64,000 bases of DNA from Octopus sinensis. Lineage: Eukaryota. Made by a program: the position numbers and the translations under genes. A model generated the notes under the pieces. The model ran no database searches and was not told the origin of the DNA. It was given only the letters and a program-made list of their open reading frames with translations. The DNA lies in contig NW_021832565.1 of NCBI RefSeq assembly GCF_006345805.1, positions 124,001 through 188,000 of the forward strand, given 5' to 3'. This document shows positions 48,516 to 61,479 of this stretch, in pieces. Numbering within the stretch: the stretch's first letter is position 1; each line of letters opens with the position of its first letter.

Positions 48516-49502
48516 ACGACACAGCCGTCTATGGAAAAATATGTTTGTATATATGTGTGTGTGTGTATACATGCAATGTGTATATATATATATATATATA
48601 CACACACACTATACAGCCACACCTGTGCCTAAACACACAATTGTCTTTGGAAAAATATATGTCTGTGTATGTTTGTTTGTGTACATGTCATATTTTTTCT
48701 ATATGTTTGATCAAGAAATAAGGGCTGCATCTTGTAGATCCTTCGACAGAGGTTTTATCGATGCTGTGCATTTCATCAACTGCTGAAGGATCATAAAACA
48801 TTATTGAATTTCTGGTCCAATATACAATTTTTGAGCAAGGAAAAAAAAAGAGTGTATGTGTCAATTCGAGGAAAATGGTCACGTATATAACAGCAAGTGC
48901 CAAACGGAAGAAATCATTACAGATGTGATAGAAGTGATTGAAGGAATAGACCACATGTGCCCAAATGTAGTGGGTCCCATTCTGACAAATCCTAGACCAC
49001 ATTTCACAAAAGAAATGTTGAAATTATCTGTCCTGCTCTCACCTTTTTAATTATACGAAAACAAAATGTTAACATGCAGGTGCAGGCATTGTTGTGTGGT
49101 TAAGAAGCTCAATTTAGGATCACATGAATTCAGGTTCAGTCCCACAGCACTGCATCCTTGAGCAAGTGACTTCTACTAAAGTTCCTGGGCTGCAAAATAC
49201 CTTGTGAGTGAATTTGGTAGATAGAAACTGTGTGGAAGCTCATTAGATATATGTGTGCACATGTGTGTTTTTGCATCTGTGTGTTTTTGCATCTGTGTTT
49301 GTGCCTCCTACAAGCTGATGTTCCAGCATGGTTGCACTCCCATGAAACAATGAAGTAAAAGATAGACTCAATGTAATTCGTCATAATTGTTTGGATTAAG
49401 TTTAAAAAGTTTGGAAATTATCATATTTTATAAATTCAAATTTACTCTGTAGTATATCAAGATATTTCTATGTAATTTTGATAAATATATATTTATATAT
49501 AT

Positions 49503-49674
49503 AGGCGCAGGGGTGGCTGTGTGGTAAGTAGCTTGCTTACCAACCACATGGTTCCGGGTTCAGTCCCACTGCATGGCACCTTGGGCATGTGTCTTCTACT
49601 ATAGCCTCAGGCCGACCAAAGCCTTGTGAGTGGATTTGGTAGACGGAAACTGAAAGAAGCCCGTCGTATATATG

Positions 49675-49709
<35 letters not shown>

Positions 49710-49834
49710 TTGTGTATCTGTGTTTGTCCCCCCAACATCACTTGACAACCGATGCTGGTGTGTTTACATCCCTGTAACTTAGCAGTTCAGCAAAAGTGAC
49801 TGATAGTATAAGAACTAGGCTTACAAAGAATAAG
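49503..49834 (+). mobile_element. SINE family B, young, 3'-truncated
   Basis: AGGCGCAGGGGTGGCTGTGTGGTAAG head; stops at TTACAAAGAATAAG; flanked by a long direct repeat. Confidence 0.9.
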
Positions 49835-50149
49835 TATATATATTTTTATAATATCAAGATATTTCTATGTAATTTTGATGAATATATTCTTATATATATT
49901 GATATATAATTTTGCATAATTTAGATGACAGTTTATTCACTGCACCCTGTATATGTATATTCACCACACCGAGTGTGTTTGTATATATACATATATTAAT
50001 ACAATGTGTATTGCTTTCCATTAATAAATGAAAAAAAATGTATGGTAAATAAACAAGTGACATAACGTATACTGAATGTAAAAACGAACGAGAGACAAAC
50101 GGAAGGTCCATAATTCTTCATCAGATTTTGACCAGTTGGTAATATTCAG

Positions 50150-50228
<79 letters not shown>

Positions 50229-51146
50229 GTATGCATGTATGTTTGTATGTATGTACATATTTCTGTGTGTGTGTATGTGTATACAAATGCATATAGATAT
50301 ACACACACATACACATAAACATACATACACAAATACATGCTGCTTTGTTATTTGTCCTTCTCTCAGCATCCTGAGCTAAAATATCATGGTCAACTTTGCT
50401 TTGCATCTTTTTGTGGTTGATAAAGTGTTATTTCCTCCCCTTCCTCTTCCTCCTCCTACTCACACAACTACTACTCTCTTTCTCAGGAAAAAAAAAAACA
50501 GGCAGACAGATTTGGAAGGATGATAAACTCTACCAGTTTCTATATCCAAGATATATTACTTGTTGATGATCAGTATTATCTTAAAGTAGGTGGTATATGT
50601 GTTGCAGCATAAAACCTTTGTTCAGCTTCTTTCTTCCTGGATATTTACCTATGTGTCAAAGAAACAGATAATTCATTTTGTTTTTCCATTCCTAAAACAC
50701 TGGACTATGGACAAGTTACTAGATATAGCATTTAGTAAGAATCTTTCACTCGTCGTATCGGGGAACAGAAAGAAAGACTTACAGTTGGTACATTGACTCT
50801 AGAGCTACAATGCAATTGATTGGGCTATCTTACATAATTTCAGAATTTCAGGCTTACAAGACCTATGGATACACCCCATTTTATAAATCATCTTTTATTC
50901 ATTTCCATGAATAAATTTATAAATTTTCATAACATTACTTCATCATGTTAAACACATTGATTATGTCTTTTCTTTCGTTCCATGGTGAAGGAGGTTTAGA
51001 ACTTTCCCAAAGTGTTTCATTATATTAAAGATTTTGATTGTCTTCAATGTTGTTCCATAATTTTAATAATGTGTAACACTCAAACACCTTTTGTGACAAT
51101 CAGAATAAATGCAAAGCATTTTATATTATAGTTATATCTGTAAACA

Positions 51147-52274
51147 TTAGTACAACTTTCTAACAGAAAGATATTCCGTTCAATTCAGGGCCAGATTAAA
51201 ACCCATATAGGCCCTAAGCACTTCAAAAATTTTGGTAGCCCCAAATAAATATATAATTCAAAATATATACAATAATAAACCATGATACAAAATATTTTTC
51301 GAAATGGAACAAAACTTACCATAAGATGGAAAATAATGTTTCTGTTTGAAAAGTTTCCTGCTGGTTTTTTATAGCGAAGTCTTTTGATCAAATCCCCACT
51401 ATGATACCATGAACACAACAAAATTATATTTCCAATCATATAAACCACTTTGAATATTATTTTAGCAAGTTTAGCATGCTGGACAAAATGCCTAGTTATA
51501 TTTTGTCCATCAAATTCTGCCAAGGCCAGCTTTGCCTTTCATCCTTTTGGAGTCAATAAATTAAGTACCAGTGAATCACTGGCGTTGATATAGTTAACTA
51601 GTCCCCTCCCCATAGATTTCTAGCCTAGTTCCTGTAATAGAAAGGATTATTTTAGCAAGTTTAAAGTAATTTCTTTTGTACTGTAGACCATTTACCATTT
51701 CTTTGGTTCCTTTTCCCTTGATGCTTTAAGCATATGCTTCTTTTACTTAATGGTTAATCTAGTGCTAGTGAGATTGAAACAAGTACACATCCTCACTATA
51801 AAAATATATCCTTGCACATAATGGAATTAATTATTCTATTCTGATATTGGATGTTGATATATGAATTAATTATTGAATTGCAAAAATAATTATGATGCGA
51901 CCTATCAGCTGTGTTCATTACGATTCAAAAGTAGATTCCATTATCTTGTCCACTATTGCATTCATTACTTCTGCCTTGATTATGTACTTTAAAAATGTGA
52001 TACAAGAAACATTATTTATGTGTTGTTGACATCAAGTTCATAATTGTCACCATCGACATTAACATTCTTGTCAACATTTTAGGATATTTGTGACTGGGCT
52101 GTTCCATGCTTGCATAGGTTTGATGGGTCTTCTCCAATCTAGTATGTTGCAACATGTTGAGGATATTTGTCATTTCCTGCAAGAGGAGTTCATCTCTCAT
52201 CACTTCTTCCTATGTCATTCTTTGTCTTCCCTTTCTGTAGATTTTTAAAACTTTCCAATTGTTTGACATTTCTT
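51147..52274. repeat. Local direct duplication, copy 1 (partner 53054-54208)
   Basis: ~1.1 kb, includes the same family D SINE insertion in both copies. Confidence 0.95.
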
Positions 52275-53053
52275 GTCTATTTTACCCCTACCACTTTAAC
52301 TGTATCGAAATAAAATGTTATTATCCAAATGTGGGCATGGTTTTGTGGTTAAGAAGCTCAGTTTAAGATCACATGGTTTCAGGTTCAGTCCCACAGCACT
52401 GCATCCTTGAGCAAGTGTCTTCTACTAATGTCCCTGGGTTGCAAAATACTTCATGAGTGAATTTGGTAGACAGAAACTGTGTGGATGTTCATTAGATATA
52501 TGCGTGCACATGAGTGTTTTTGCATCTGTGTTTGTCCCTCCTACTGGCTGATAACTAGTGTTGGTTTGTTTATGTTTTGTAACTTCATGGTTTGGCCACA
52601 GGGACTGCTAGAATAAATACCAGATGTAAAAAGAACAAAAGTACCTTGTTCATGAATCAATTCAATTGATACTCTTCAAGGTGGTATTCCAGCAGGTTGC
52701 AGTCTCATGACTGAAAGAAGTAAAAAAATAGATGCAATGTAATTTATCACAATTATTTTGGGTAAGTTTAAAAAGTCTTGAAATAATCTCATGTTATTAA
52801 CCATGACAGTTTATCTGCTTCCCCCTTTAATCCTGCTGTTGCTTGCGAGGAACCCTGGTTCAGGGATTGAAGTAAATTCTTTTATCTTTTCACCATTATA
52901 GTGTGGCCTATTCTGGGGCGCTGCCATGAAGAATTTTTAGTCAAATGAATCGACCCTAGTACTTTATATTTGTAGTAAGCATCTTCATCCTTAATATGTG
53001 AACAGTATTCTACAGTGGCACTTAGTTACACTGTATAAAAAGTCAGAAATTAT

Positions 53054-54208
53054 TTAGTAAAACTTTCTAACCAAAAGATATTCTGTTCAATTCAGTGCCA
53101 GATTAAAACCCATAGAGGCCCTAAGCATTTCAAAGATGTTGGTGACCCCCCCCCCCCATATATATATATGATTCAAAATATATACAATGATAAGTCTTAT
53201 CAATTTTTATTTTTCAAGATGAAGCAAAACTTACAGTAAGATGGAAAAATAATGTTTCCGTTTGAAAAGTTTCCTACTAGTTTTTTTAATTGCAAAGTCT
53301 TTGATCAGATCCTCATTATGACACCATGAACACAACAAAATTATATTTCCAGTCATATAAACCACTTCGAATATTATTTTAGCAAGTTTAGCATGCTGGA
53401 CAAAATGCCTAGATATATTTTGCCCATTGCTATGTTCTGAGGTCAAATTCTGCTATGGTCAACTTTGCTTTTCATCTGTTCAGGATCAATAAATTAAGTA
53501 CCAGTGAATCACTGGGGTTGATGTAATCAACTAGTCCCCTCCCCATAAATTTCTAGCCTTGTTCCTGTAATAGAAAGGATTATTTTTAGCAAGTTTAAAG
53601 TAATTCTTTTGTGCTGTAGACCATTTACCATTTCTTTGGTTCCCTTTCCCTTTGATTCTTTAAGCACATGCTTCTTTTACTTAATGGTTAATTCAGTGCT
53701 AGTGAGACTGAAACAAGTATACATCCTCACTATAAAAATATATCCTTGCACCTAATGGAATTAATTATTCTATTCTGATATTGGATGTTGATATATGAAT
53801 TAATTATTGAATTGCAAAAATAATTATGATGCGACCTATCAGCTGTGTTCATTACGATTCAAAAGTAGATTCCATTATCTTGTCCACTATTGCATTCATT
53901 ATTTCTGCCTTGATTATGTACTTTAAAAATGTGATACAAGAAGCATTATTTATGTGTTGTTGACATCAAGTTCATAATTGTCACCATCGACATTATCATT
54001 CTTGTCAACATTTTAGGATATTTGTGATTGTGTTGTTCCATGCTTGCATAGGTTTGATGGGTCTTCTCCAATCTAGTATGTTGCAACATGTTGAGGATAT
54101 TTGTCATCTCCTGCAAGAGGAGTTCATCTCTCATCACTTCTTCCTATGTCATTCTTTGTCTTCCCTTTCTGTAGATTTTTAAAACTTTCCAATTATTTGA
54201 CATTTCTT
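53054..54208. repeat. Local direct duplication, copy 2
   Basis: See copy 1; gives the twin 63-aa ORFs 52012-52203 and 53946-54137. Confidence 0.95.
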
Positions 54209-54900
54209 TATTCTACTGTCACACACACACACACACACACACACACAGATGTAAAGAAGAGCTGTTGGAATCTGGTTTCCCTCATATTTGTTTCAAGAAT
54301 TTCTATATATGTCTGTTTGTCTCTCTGTCTATGTATATATATGTGTGCATGCATCTATATGAATACGTATGTGGCTGGTCTGACGCTATAGTAGAAGACA
54401 TTTTCCCAGGGTGCCACACAGTGGAGCTCAACTCAGAAAAGACAAAAAGCAAGTGTAAAATTTCATTATGATACATTACCTATTTTTAATTTTCATTTTA
54501 ACCAGTTTCATCTGATCTGAATGGAATTATCAGGTGAAAATGAGAAAATAATTATAGTAGTTAAAATATATATAGAATATATGTATATATATAAATAAAA
54601 GATCCAAGGATCGAGATGTAGGAAGAAAGTTAGCTTCAAGCAACCTGTAGTAAATATAAAAAACAACTTTCAGGAACAATAGTTGTTTATTGAGGCAGGA
54701 GGTTGTGGATTTTTTGTAGTGAAGCTGAACATTTTTTTATATTTAATGGTAGGGTACCAGGGTTGCCAAGTATGCAAATAAGCATCCAAGTGTTAGGAAC
54801 TTGAGTAGATTTGATTTGGGCGACATTTGTTTCATGGCAAGCCCGGAACTTATCTAGTCCATTCCTTAACTCTTGAATATATATATGCATATATATAATA

Positions 54901-55725
<825 letters not shown>

Positions 55726-55794
55726 GTAGATAGATTCATATTTACATACATTATATATATATATATATATATCATCTCCTTTATCCCAGCATTA

Positions 55795-56130
55795 AGGCAC
55801 ATGGCTCAGTGGTTAGAGCATCAGGCTTACAATTGTAGGGCTGCGAATTTGATTCCTGAACTGAGCTGCATGTTGTGTTCTTGAGCAAGACACTTTATTT
55901 CATATTACTCCAGTTCACTCTGTTGTAGAAATGAGTTGGGATGTCACTGGTGCCAAGCTGTAATAGCCTTTACTTTTGCCTTGGACAACATCGGTGGCAT
56001 GAAGAGGGGAGACTGATATGCATGGGCAACTGCTGGTCTTATATAAACAACCTTTCCTGGACCTGTGCCTAGGAGGGGGATTTTCTAGGCACAATCCTAT
56101 GGTCATTCATAATTTAACGGGGTCTTTTCC
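55795..56130 (+). mobile_element. SINE family A (long-tail subfamily)
   Basis: GGCACATGGCTCAGTGGTTAGAGC...GAATTTGATTCCTG; reverse complement of 66-390. Confidence 0.85.
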
Positions 56131-56345
56131 CTTATCCCCATCAACCATATAAAATTTTCTACCATCTCCCACATCACTGCCATCTATTATTCTCTATGCT
56201 AACAAGGATCTAAAATGTTAACTTTTAAGATTTTAAGCTTGCATGTCAAATTCAACTTGGCCAAAACATCAATGCAATTGTCTTCTGCAAAAACATTATC
56301 ATTAGAATGAGCATTACATGCTTTAAATTTTAGATTTTCCTAAGT

Positions 56346-56560
56346 TTAACCCTTTAGCATTTAGATTACTCTGTCAAATATAAAGCTTAATTATTCACAT
56401 TTTTAAGAATTAATCATGTATCATCTCATAGTTTTGAGATTTCAGCGATGTGATTGCTTATGTTTTGAATGACGTTATTGGGTAGGTGCATGATGCTGGA
56501 TCTGTCCAGTTTGAACATACTACAGGTAGAATATTTGGGTCAGATATAACCATTTTAAAC
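56346..56560. mobile_element. TTAA-flanked MITE, right end decayed
   Basis: TTAACCCTTTAGCATTTAGATTACTCTGTCAAAT start; body as 24872-25099. Confidence 0.75.
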
Positions 56561-56663
56561 ACTAAAAAAATTAAGAATATTATGTTCCCCCAATACATTT
56601 AGAAAAGTTGAGCAATTACTTTGTTTGATCAGGTAACTATTTACCATGGGTATTTTTAAGCAG

Positions 56664-56905
56664 GTAGAGGCATGTGGCTTAGTGTCAGCACCTTGATCGT
56701 AAGATTGTAGTTTCGATTCCTGGACTGGGCGATGCATTGTGCTCTTGAGCAAATCACTTAATTTCACATTGCTCCAGTCCACTCAGCTGGCAAAAATGAG
56801 TAATGCTGCGATGGACTGGCGTCCTGTCCAGCTGGGGAACACATACACCATAGAAACTGGGAAACTGGGCCCATGAGCCTGGCTAGGCTTTAAAAGGGCA
56901 CATTT
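56664..56905 (+). mobile_element. SINE family A (short-tail subfamily), young
   Basis: GTTTCGATTCCTGGACTGGGCGATGC B-box; CpG-retaining body. Confidence 0.88.
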
Positions 56906-58209
56906 ATTTATTTTTTTATAAGTAGAGGCAAATAAAGATTATATCACAAAAGAAAGAATAAAGCAATGACAAAAACTACTACTGCTGCTACCACTGTCAT
57001 CACACTCAATCGACTATGGCATATGGTACATCTTGTGTTCTTTGTTTTCTGCTAGTTGTTTTAAGGTGCCCTTACAATTAATCATTGATTGGCTCTTGGA
57101 CCATTGCCACTTCACTCTGCAGAATACCTGGGATGTGAAGGTAGCAGGAGGAAGAGAGTGCTTTATCAGTACTGGGCTGGTAATTTCTTTCAATCAACAA
57201 TCTTTCCAAAAAAGATTTAAGGCAAAGTTGTCATCAGAGGGATTTGAACTCAGAAACCAGGGATTTGGAACACGCATATCATAAAGCATTTTATCTGATG
57301 CTGTAATAATGTTAACTCTCAAAATGTTTTGTTTTCAGTATTCTCTCTTTATTTCTAAAACAATCTTGAAGACCAAATTATGAAAGAGAAATTTGAAAGA
57401 ACTTTAATTTTAGTCTGACAGTTCATAGCTAAAGCAAGCAGAAAACCCATACTGAATTACATAAGCAATAACTTCTAATCTGTCAAATGGATTAAATGAA
57501 CTGGCAAACAAAATTACTTCTCTGATAGTGCAATACCAATAAAATACTTGCATTCAGTATCAAGCAACTTTTGTGAGTTGTTACTAAGTAGAAAGATTGC
57601 TTTTAACTACTTACCACATAGTTTCACTCTAAATTGAATTATACTGATTAAGAATTGTCACATCTTTATGAATGACTTGCAGGGAAGTTGACAATTTTGG
57701 GGATTAAATCTTGTCTTCTTGAAAATTTTCTAAAGTAGTTTGGCAAGAAATAGTGATTATCGTTATTTCCATTCATATGATCTTTGGCCAATTAGAAGAA
57801 GAAAGAGTATTAGAAACTTCACATTGTCTCACTACTTGCAGTGCATATTTATTAAAATAAATTACTCGTCTATCTATATTTCCTTCCCCTGAAACTCAAG
57901 TTACTCCACATAGAGAGTAATGGATCAACTCAGAACAGTTTATGAATACTTGGTTCAAATTAAAGTTGTATAATTGAATTCTATGGCTTAATTTTGTCTG
58001 AATATTTTCACTGAGATACAAATATTTTCATTTGGCCAAATCTAATCATGTGTAAAATCAATATAGAAAACTTTGAGCTATTTTGCAGTTGTATGTCTTA
58101 AGGGTTAGTTACAGATATCAGTTAAATAAGTTTTTAACCACTAATATATGTAACCAAATTTATGTCATTTGTACCATCTATTGTTTACCATTGTTAATAT
58201 TGTTATTGT

Positions 58210-58435
58210 GGTTAGGGCAGCAAGCTGGCAGAATCATTAGCATGCCAGGCAAAATACATAGTAGTATTTCATACATCTTCATGTTCTGAGTTCAAATTCC
58301 ACCACGGTCAACTTTGCCTTTCATCCTTTCAAAATTGATAGAAATAAGTACCAGTTGAGTACTGGGGTCAATGTAACCAAATTACCTGCTTCTCTGAAAT
58401 TTCTGGGCTTGTGCCAAAATTTGAAATCAGTATAG
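58210..58435 (+). mobile_element. SINE family D (a second fragment follows at ~58445-58520)
   Basis: GGCAGCAAGCTGGCAGAATCATTAGC...GAGTTCAAATTCC...AATAAGTACCAGTTGAGTACTGG. Confidence 0.82.
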
Positions 58436-58587
58436 TCATTGTGGTTAGGGTGGTGAGCTGGCAGAATCATTAGTAATTGACTTACCTACTCTCCCTAAAA
58501 CTGCTGGCTTTGACTGTAAATAATATCTATGATTACAGGCTTTTAAACCCCAACCAGCCAATCTTTTTATAAAATAATCCATATATA

Positions 58588-58986
58588 GGCATAGGAGTGG
58601 CTGTGTGGTAAGTAGCTTGCTTACGAACCACATGGTTCTGGGTTCAGCCCCACTGCGTTGCACCTTGGGCAAGTGTTTTCTACTATAGCCTCGAGTTGGC
58701 CAAAGCCTTGTGAGTGGATTTGGTAGACGGAAACTGAAAGAAGCCCGTCGTATATATATATGTGTGTGTGTATACGTTTGTGTGTCTGTGTTTATCCCCC
58801 CAGCATTACTTGACAACCGATGCTGATGTGTTTACATCCCTGTAACTTACCTGTGCAGCAAAAGAGACCAATAGAATAAGTACTAGGCTTACAAAGAATA
58901 AGTTCTGGGGTCGATTTGCTCAACTAAAGATGGTGCTCCAGCATGGCCACATTCAAATGACTGAAACAAGTAAAAGAGTAAAAGAG
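58588..58986 (+). mobile_element. SINE family B, full length
   Basis: GGCATAGGAGTGGCTGTGTGGTAAG through GACTGAAACAAGTAAAAGAGTAAAAGAG. Confidence 0.92.
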
Positions 58987-59157
58987 AGAGAGTATATCAT
59001 GAAGTTCTCTAGAGCTACCTGATACAACGTGCTTGTCTTTATTTAATGCTTTAGCATTCAGATTGCTCTCTCTCTCTAATGTAATGCTTATTTATCCATA
59101 TTTTTAATGAATCATGCATTATCTTGTAGCTTTGAGATTTTGATAATGTCTTTTAAT

Positions 59158-59578
59158 CTTTTATCTTTTACTTGTTTCAGACATTTGACTGCAGTCATGC
59201 TGGGGCACCACCTTGAGGAATTTTAGTCAAACTAAATTGGTCCTAGCTCTTATTTTCTTTTTAAGCCTGGTACTTTTTCTATCGGTCTCTTTTGCTAAAC
59301 CACTAAGTTATGGGGTGGGGGGTGTAAGCACACAAGCACTGATTGTCAAATGGTGGTAGGGTATACATAGACACACGCACACACGCACACACACACACAT
59401 GCACACACACACAAACACACACATATACAACAGGCTTCTTTTAGTTTTTGTCCGCCAAATCAACTCACAAAACTGTGGTTGGCCAAGGCTATAGTAGAAG
59501 ATGCTTGCAAAAGGTACCATGCAGTAGGACTGAACTCAGAACCATGTGGTTGGGAAGCAAACTTCTTACCACACAGCT
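59158..59578 (-). mobile_element. SINE family B, tail-to-tail with the 58588 copy
   Basis: Reverse-complement match about 170 bp downstream. Confidence 0.85.
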
Positions 59579-60074
59579 TATATTGAAATGTACCTATGTT
59601 GAATTGATTTCCTAAAAAATAAAGTTATATCAATAACAAATTTATTTTTGCAGCGTGGAAGGTGTTTATAAGCCATTTAAGAATCACACAAAAACTGTTA
59701 GATTCACTTCAACATTTGAATTTAATTTGTCAAAATATTTTCATCGCTTTGAGACTGACCTGTTCAATGACAAAATTCTGTGCAGCATCTCTTCCATGCT
59801 GTAATTATTTTCTTTCCAGCACACGGTCTCAGATCAGGGCACTTGGTATGCAAGTACATCTCCGAAATTTATTTTTCAAAAATGTAAAATGGAACAGCTC
59901 TTTATACAGTTATCTACTCAACCATTTATTTACTCTATAGCAAACATCTGTTTTTGTCCCTCCATCATACTTCAATTTTGTAACACCTGACATAAAGCTA
60001 TCCATCACTATCTTTCCCTCCCAAATACTTCCTCTTAGTATTGGGACTTTTCCTATTACATTTTACCATGCTTT

Positions 60075-60372
60075 GTCCGGCAAGTTACATGGCACCCTCA
60101 CGAGTGCCAGTGACACGAAAAATGCACCCATTGCACTCCGTAAAGTGGTTGTCTGGGGGTGGGGAGGGTATCCAGGTATAGAAACCATGCCAAAGATACC
60201 AGTGGAGCTGAATGCAGCCTTGCAGCTTGCTGCATCCTGTCAAGCAGTCCAGCCCACTCCAGCATGAAAAATGGACATTGAAAGTAACAACAACGATGAT
60301 GATAATGAAGATGATGATGATGATGATGATGATGATGACGATGATGACGATGATGATGATGAATGATGATGA
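60075..60372 (+). mobile_element. Retroposon family C with expanded (GAT)n tail
   Basis: CAGCATGAAAAATGGACATT followed by a long (GAT/GAC)n. Confidence 0.8.
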
Positions 60373-60938
60373 TCAACTGTACAATGGTAGACCCATCTAC
60401 CTTTCAAGAGTGATTTGATCAACGGTGGTAGAAAAGGGACTCTGTTTCTTTATAAGAAATTAAATCAAATTGGTCATTAATCCTCTCTTTAATTCTGCTC
60501 TGCATTTCTTTTCCGAGATAGTTTGCAAGTTACTGTATGCTTGTCAAGGAGGATTGTATTTCTTTATGATGCCCATAAATTACATTTTCAAGCATCCAAG
60601 TTAGCTCTTACAGTAAGTTAAGGGTTAATTCCTTTCAGTATGGAACTACATTAAAAGAAATGATTAAAACCTGATATCTATCAACAAGAATACATTGTTA
60701 GCCTCCTCATTACATTTTACAAGCTCACAACACACATGCAATAAACCTTCTAATGATGTTAAGGTTTGAACTTTCTTTTGCAACTAGAAGCTTACAGTTT
60801 ATCCTTTAGGCCAAAAGGACATATCTATAAGTTTAGTAATTAGCTTTAGTTTGGACTGATTAATTGCCATGGTAAGATGGAAATTTTTGCTGTTAGCATT
60901 GTTATTAATAAATGACTTGAAGATAGAAATATATCTTC

Positions 60939-61067
<129 letters not shown>

Positions 61068-61410
61068 AAAAATTCGCTGAAGTAAGGCCCCATTAATCAT
61101 TGTAGAAATATGAAACCTTAACATCAATCTCATATGTTCTCAAAAGCTGTTGCAATGAAAGAAGAAAGTTAATTATACAAATTTTAGAATTACTATCTGA
61201 AGAGCAATTAAATCAGATTAATCCAGTTAATTTTCTGGAATATTGCTTCAAGTAAATTGGATATTAAGTTCACATCCTGGAGTCGTTTGGCTGAACATAC
61301 AATGTATACACAAAACAAGCACATTTTCTGGCATATATACATATATACATATATATATATGTACATACATGTGTGTGTGTGTGTTTGTGCATGTATATAT
61401 ACATTTGTGT

Positions 61411-61453
<43 letters not shown>

Positions 61454-61479
61454 ATATACATATACACACACATATGACT

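Noticed and set aside
48688-49050. Protein-like frames on both strands (TM-like minus ORF; WVP motif on plus)
   Set aside because: Frames are broken and mutually inconsistent; at best an unclassifiable transposon relic.
50590-50796. 68-aa ORF with faint resemblance to the ZFAND1 C-terminal region (F..W...K..D.A)
   Set aside because: Only about five scattered identities and no splice structure; needs a profile search before any claim.
52012-54137. Twin 63-aa ORFs as a duplicated gene
   Set aside because: They simply lie in the duplicated block; differences include amino-acid changes, and there is no homology or splice evidence.
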